A DNA stretch of 64,000 bases from NCBI GenBank assembly GCA_951406725.2, contig OX597817.1:94302001-94366000 (forward strand), in the 5' to 3' direction. Positions 57,412 to 64,000 of the stretch are shown in pieces. Position 1 is the stretch's first letter. Each line of letters begins with the position of its first letter. This DNA comes from Octopus vulgaris. Its lineage: Eukaryota. The position numbers and the translations under genes are program-made. The notes below the pieces were generated by a model. That model made no database searches. It saw only the letters and a program-made list of their open reading frames with translations, and was not told the DNA's origin.

Positions 57412-58775
57412 AAAAAGAAATAGATTCCTTAATACAGGCTGTAAGACTCTTCAGCAGAGATATAAGCATGCAATTTGACATAGATAAGTGTGCAATATTA
57501 GTCATGACAAGGGGACAAGTAGTCAACAGCAAATGCATCCAATTACCAGATGGCCAGACATTAAAATCATTGAAAAGAGGAGAGGGTTTAAATATCTAGG
57601 AGTATTAGAATCTGACAGCACTAACTACAGAAATGAAAACGAAAATTGAGGAGTACCTCAGAAGAGTGAGGAAGCTAAGGAAGTCAAAGCTAAATGACAT
57701 TTTGAGTGGGATTGGCGGCTCAACCTCTAAATACTTGCACAGTATCATTACTTAAATGCTTAGCAGCTTTTGTAAATGGACAAAAACTGAATTAGCAAAA
57801 GTAGACAGAAGAACTAGGCAGTTCTTCACCCAAGGGCAGGAGTAACAAGATTATGCTTACCTTGAAAGGAAGGCAGAAGAGAGTTAATACCAGTAGAAGA
57901 TTGCGAGGAGTTAGCTAGAGTAGATTAATGAAGAAAGTTTATAAAAAAAAGCTGCTAGAGTCACAGCTAGACAAAGGGAAACCAAAAACCCAAACGAAGT
58001 TAAACATCCGGAAAATGGACAAAAGTTATCTGACTGGCAGGAGAAGGCGTTGCATGGTAGATTCCCAAATATAGTTGCAGCAAATAGTAGTAGTGAGACA
58101 TGGCTATGGTTGCAAAAAGGAAAGCTGAAGAGGGAGTCAGAAAGTTTGTTAGTAGCTTCACAAGATCAAGAATTAAGGACTAATTGAATAAAAGCCAAAA
58201 TAGACAAAAACAAAGTAGATTCACAATGTAGATTATGCAAATCTAAAGAGGAATGCGTTACTCATATAGTAAGTGAATGTGGTATGCTGGCACAGAAAGA
58301 CTACAAGAAAAAATATAACAACAGAGAGAAAGAAATCCACAGGGAGCTATGTAGAAAGCTAGGATTTGAACATACTGATAAATGGTATGAACATAAATCT
58401 AGTAAAGTACTAGAAAGTAAGAAATACAAGATGTTGTGGGACTTTAAACATTCAGACTGATAGGGAAATAGAAGCTAGAAGGCCTGATTTGGTAGTAATA
58501 GATATAGAGAATAGAAAGTACCAGATAATTGACTTTACAGTCTCAAACGATGAAACAATCAATATGAGAGGTATAGAAAAATTAGAAAAGTACCAGGATC
58601 TAACCACTGAATTACAGAGACTATGGAAAGTGCGGGTAAAATGTATCCCAGTAGTTATAAGTGCAATAGGAACTATCCCTAAAGATCTTAACAGGGAAGA
58701 GTTTGCACACTCCCAACAATTGAAAAGAACACACGATGCTGCACACACCCCAGAAACACGGAAGTGCAGCAGGTA
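57408..58775 (+). mobile_element. 5'-truncated Dong/R4-like RLE retrotransposon
   Basis: FSRDISMQFDIDKCA, WQEKALHGRF, CRLCKSKEECVTHIVSEC, RRPDLVVID..IIDFTV, EKLEKYQDL; flanked by AAT/AAC repeats. Confidence 0.85.
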
Positions 58776-58814
58776 ATAACAGCAACAACAAAAACAACAA
58801 CAATAATAATAATT

Positions 58815-59022
58815 CTTTCTACTAAAATAACAAGACCTGAAATTTCGAAGGAGGGGATTAATCGATTACATTCCAGTGTTTCCCTGGCACTTAATTTATC
58901 GACACTGAAAGGATGAAAGGCAAAGTCGACTTCGGCGGAATTTGAACTCGGAACCTAGTGTTGGGTGAAATACCGCTAAGCATTTCGTCCAGCGTGCTAA
59001 CGATTCTGCCAGCTCACCGCCT
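58815..59022 (-). mobile_element. SINE family B with (ATT)n-ending tail
   Basis: Minus strand ggcggtgagctggcagaatcgttagc...gtcgactttgcctttcatcctttc...aaatttcaggtcttg...tagtagaaagaattattatt. Confidence 0.85.
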
Positions 59023-59024
59023 TT

Positions 59025-59093
<69 letters not shown>

Positions 59094-59124
59094 GTGATGA
59101 TGATAATAATAATAATGATGATGA

Positions 59125-59186
<62 letters not shown>

Positions 59187-59200
59187 TAATAACAATAATC

Positions 59201-59255
<55 letters not shown>
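59025..59255. repeat. (GAT)n-(AAT)n microsatellite; another (AAT/AAC)n array at 59504-59676
   Basis: Directly visible. Confidence 0.97.
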
Positions 59256-59676
<421 letters not shown>

Positions 59677-61890
59677 GGTAGAAGATATAAGATCTGCTCT
59701 CAGGAGGTCAAGCAAAAAGTCTCCAGGAAAGGATAAAATTCCTAACCTCTGGTTGAATGCCTTCCCAAGAGAGCCATGAACTGCTAACAAGACTTTACAA
59801 CAATGTTTTGGAACAACCTTGTATGATTCCCTCTTCGCTAGTTAATGGTGTAACATTCCTACTTCCAAAAAATGAAGAAACAAATGAACCAAAAAATTAT
59901 AGACCCATAACCTGCTTAACAACAATGTATTAAATGCTAACATCTGTCTTGACTGAATATACCTATATTTTTTTTTAACAGAAAGTGGCATATTTCCTAA
60001 TAAGCAAAAAGGATGTAAACGTGGGTCCTATGGTTGTAAATATCAGCTGCTCATTAATAAGATGATCTTGGAAGATTGTCACAAACGACACAAAAACTTG
60101 TCGATAGCCTGGGTAGACTATAAAATCCTTTTGATAGTGTATCACATATCTGGATTAAGAAATGTCTAGAAATGTATAAAATAGCACCTACTTTGAACAG
60201 TGACAATAAATCTCTCAATACAGGAGATGTAAGAATTTCAAGTGACATTTTCGAGGGTGACTCTCTATCACCACTTCTCTATTGTCTAACTTTAATAACC
60301 TCTCTCGAAATTGCTCGTTGATGTACAATATGGCTATAAAATGTTTGATAAAGATATAAATCATCTCTTTCACATGGATGAGTCAAAGCTCTTTGCAAAA
60401 AATGACCAACAGCTACAAGGCTCACTGGCAATTGTTAAACAATTCAATTATGACATCAGGATGCAATTTGGTCTCGATAAATGTGCATAAGCTACCTTTA
60501 TCAAAGGAAAAATGACAGAAACAGCCAACGTTAATCTTGACCAGCAGAATGTCATAAAGGAGTTAGAACCCAGCGGATAGCTACAAATACAAAGGTAATG
60601 GAATCGAACATTCAATGATGAGGGAAAGAATCAGAAGAAAATGATATTGCAGAGTAGGGCAATAGTGAGGACAGAGCTGATTTAAGAAAAAAAGGATCGA
60701 AACGATCAATAATTGAGCCATACCGGTCGTGACTTACAGTTTCAATATCATTAACTGGTTAATTGCTGAAATATTTTTCTCAAAACAGGAAAACAAGAAA
60801 GCATCATACTCAGTAACAAAACAGGCAAAGGAATATCTAAGTGCATTCCGAATGCGACAAATTTCGGAATTAGACATACAAGAAACAAGCACAGATAAAG
60901 CTAAGCGCATGAAAACCAGTGCTAAAACTGCTGCCTTAGATATTCTGAATGATAAATGGCAAGAAAAACCTCTCAAAGAGAGCGAATAATGTAGATGTTG
61001 ACAAAGCCCTGACCCATCAATGGCTAATGGCATCTGGCTTAAAATCTTGAACAGAAGGGTTTATCATAGCAGCTCAAGATCAATGCCTACCTACAAGAAA
61101 CTACCAGGCCAACATATTAAAGAACGGTAGTAGCCCAACATGTCGTGAATGTCAACAACAAAATGAAACCATGTTGTCTCCAGGTGCAGTCTTCTTGTGC
61201 CTACAGAGTATCTCAACAGGCATGATACAGCTGCACAATATATTCACTGGGTAATTTGCAAAAGCCTGGACTTGCCCCAGGATAAAAACTGGTGGGAACA
61301 CAAACCTCGTCCAGTGCTTGAAAATGACCACATCTCACTCCTCTGGAACTTCACCATTCAAACTGACAGAAAGATAGATGCGAATAGGCTAGACATCATA
61401 TTGAAAGACTTCAGACAAAAAACATGCCTCCTCATTGATATGACTGTCCCAAACGATAAAAACGTATCTGTCAAGACCTACCAGAAACTGAGCAAATATA
61501 AAGATCTGGAAATAGAAATAAGCAAAATGTGGAACCTGAAGACTAAAACAATACATGTTGTCATATGTGCCCTGGGAATGATAGCAAAAGGAGCTGATTG
61601 CTACCTACCTCAGATACCAGGAAACCCATAAATGGCAGAAATTCAAAACATAGTGCTCATGGGAACTGCTCATATCCTACGCAAAATAATTTCTATGTAA
61701 TCTCAAGTTTTAAAACAAACATAATTTTCGTATGTTTTTTTAGACATTCACTAGTACAACACTAATTACAAAACCAAATATATGGCACCCTAGGCATAAC
61801 ACCAACACGAACTTCCAACTTGTCTCCTGAGGTCTCTGGGTGAGACTTGGAGCCAGCTTGTGCAAATGTAAAGCAAAAGTCAAACATAGA
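59677..61890 (+). mobile_element. 5'-truncated Dong/R4-like RLE retrotransposon (RT + CCHC + PD-(D/E)xK endonuclease + 3'UTR)
   Basis: KSPGKDKIPNLWL, NYRPITCL, QKGCKRGSYGCK, AWVDYK, FEGDSLSPLL, HLFHMDE, AAQDQCLPTRNY, CRECQ, NRLDIILKD, KLSKYKDL; begins and ends at (AAT)n. Confidence 0.9.
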
Positions 61891-61914
61891 ATAATGATGA
61901 TAATAATAATAATA

Positions 61915-62108
61915 ATCCTTTCTACTATAGGCACTAGGAGCCTGAAATTTACACTGACATCAGTACTCAACTGGTACTTGATTTATCAACACCAAAACGG
62001 TGAAAGGCAAATTCGACCTTGGCGGAATTTGAACTCAGAATATAAGGGCGAAGGAAATATCGCTAAGCATTTTGTCCGGCATGCTAATGATTCTGCCAGT
62101 TCGCCGCT
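61915..62108 (-). mobile_element. SINE family B, internally deleted
   Basis: Minus strand gcggcgaactggcagaatcattagc...ctgagttcaaattccgccaaggtcga...gcctatagtagaaaggattatt. Confidence 0.75.
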
Positions 62109-62222
62109 TTAACTACAACAACAACACGACTGATGAGGAGACCACGAAGAAAGAGGTTATTAAATGTAGTGTGATCCACTTACCATGTTCCAGTTGTTAA
62201 CTAGTTTATATTTTATAACCTA

Positions 62223-62735
62223 CTAGCAGTATCGCCCGGCGTTGCTCGGGTTTGTAAGGGAAATGACTATATAAGCATTTTTAGAGAGTTATTTCCCTTA
62301 TAGATGCCAATTCGGGCTTTCTTAGCCATTTCTGTTTTGGTGTCTTCAAGCCATGAAGTCGTTGTTCTAAAAGAACGCTGGTCTCCTTGACAACGCTTTA
62401 CGACGTTGATTTCCTTACACTCCCTTCCCCACAGCTTCACGAAGGAGGGAAGAAGGGGGAGAAGCAAACAGGTGCAGGTGTGACCATGGACGCCAACTCC
62501 GCCGCCATCGACACACGAAAAATTATGCATTAAAATGGAATAAAAAATTATGTTAAATTATTTTTAAAATCGTAGACTCATCGTAGACGCGCGCTAATAC
62601 TCAGACGGGCTCGATATGAATCACAACTATAAGATACCCGAATTTGGTTAAACTGCACCGCAAAATGTGGGAGTAGTTAGGAATCTAAATCGAAGGGGAC
62701 AGACACTCACACAACTACAGTTTTATATATATAGA
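62223..62735 (-). mobile_element. Non-autonomous Helitron
   Basis: Minus strand begins A|TC(TATATATATAAAA) and ends with hairpin cccgagc-aac-gccggg then CTAG|T; no TSD. Confidence 0.85.
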
Positions 62736-62827
62736 TGAATCATGGCAATTAAAGCCTACATCGTCTGTACGAATGTACAACATAAAGGGGGTATAACGAA
62801 AACCCACAAGCCTTTTAATTGTATTTA

Positions 62828-62829
<2 letters not shown>

Positions 62830-62866
<37 letters not shown>

Positions 62867-62977
62867 TATCTATCTATCTATATGTCTGTCTGTCTGTCTC
62901 TCTGCCTGTCTGTCTGTCTGTCTGTCTGCCTGTCTGCCTGTCTGTATGTCTGTCTGTCTGTCTATCTATCTATCTAC

Positions 62978-63047
<70 letters not shown>

Positions 63048-63072
63048 GTCTGCCTGCCTGTCTGTCTATCTC

Positions 63073-63119
<47 letters not shown>

Positions 63120-63148
63120 GTATGTCTGTCTGCCTGCCTGCCTGCCTG

Positions 63149-63213
<65 letters not shown>

Positions 63214-63310
63214 ATATCTGTATGTCTGTCTGCCTGCCTGCCTGTCTATCTATCTATATATCTATATATCTGTTTGTCTGTCTGTCTGTATTATGTATGT
63301 ATGTATGTGT

Positions 63311-63372
<62 letters not shown>
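62830..63372. repeat. Compound (CTAT)n/(CTGT)n/(GT)n microsatellite
   Basis: Directly visible. Confidence 0.95.
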
Positions 63373-63374
<2 letters not shown>

Positions 63375-63439
63375 AGTAAAATTAGGCAACAAAGCCAAGG
63401 GTGTGTGGAATTTTCAGGATATTTATAAAGAGAAACTTA

Positions 63440-63487
63440 GTCTTACAGCTGTTTCTGGAATTTTAGGGATATTCCTTCATCAGAGAC
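63440..63487 (-). ncRNA. Minimal type I hammerhead ribozyme motif (solo pLTR)
   Basis: gtct-CTGATGA-a-ggaat-loop-attcc-a-GAA-ACAGCTGT-A-agac. Confidence 0.8.
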
Positions 63488-63606
63488 GATGTGAGATGGT
63501 TAAATAGAGGGAAATATTAGAGTTCAATATGAGGAGTTACTCTGGAAAAGGGAGCAAATAAGGAGTGTATAGGGAAATAGGAGAAGGAATGTAAAAAATA
63601 TATATA

Positions 63607-64000
63607 CGAGGGACGTTCAATAAGTAATGCCTCTGACCCACTTGCAATTGTTTGATCTAGCTGAGATTTTGTCTGTGCAATTATTTATATCTTTATAGAT
63701 TAAGTGACAAATTACAGCTCTGAAATAATTGTGGTTTCTGATTTACAGGTGTTTGAACTGAGTCAAGTGTGAAATGGAGCCTGTTGAGTGTCGAGCAGTG
63801 ATCCGGTTTTTGTATTTGAAAGGACGCACACCATGAGAGACATTTGATGAAATGAAAGTAACTTATGGTGATGATGCCCCATCATATAACCTTGTAAAAC
63901 CCTGGCATCGTGAATTCAAACATGGTCGGAACTCTGTGGAAACAGCTCCCAGATCTGGTCGCCCCTTCTGCCATTGATGAGGCATCTGTCCGTCAAGTTG
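63607..64000 (+). mobile_element. Mariner transposon 5' end (runs off window)
   Basis: TA|cgagggacgttcaataagtaatgc putative TIR; ATG at 63774: MEPVECRAVIRFLYLKGRTP*ETFDEMKVTYGDDAPSY..WHREFKHGR..APRSGRP. Confidence 0.88.

Noticed and set aside
62125-62160. ctgatgaggagaccacgaagaaa as a hammerhead
   Set aside because: No convincing stem II, stem III or stem I pairing.

Overview
AT-rich, microsatellite-saturated eukaryotic DNA made almost entirely of transposable-element copies. The repeat repertoire (two abundant tRNA-derived SINE families, Dong/R4-like and Hero-like RLE retrotransposons, Penelope-like elements in (TA)n) suggests an octopus/cephalopod genome; this is recognition by eye, not a database result. 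No intact host protein-coding gene is evident, only a few weak exon candidates. Clear elements: a hAT transposon with TIRs and 8-bp TSD (3860-6188); a Tigger/pogo > SINE > full-length L1/Tx1-type LINE nest (about 9150-16531); two mariners; a non-autonomous Helitron and a Helentron-like element; a (TA)n-anchored pile-up of Penelope-like elements with pseudo-LTRs (pLTRs) and about 13 minimal hammerhead-like motifs across the window; and a (TAA)n-anchored cluster of Dong/R4-like elements. Most notable: (1) the Tx1-type LINE sits in a SINE tRNA head with a 16-bp TSD, and its 3' end matches the tail of a second SINE family, suggesting a LINE-SINE partner/target system; (2) several Penelope-like integration scars, including a double-hammerhead palindrome, flank co-duplication and a 227-nt templated insertion.
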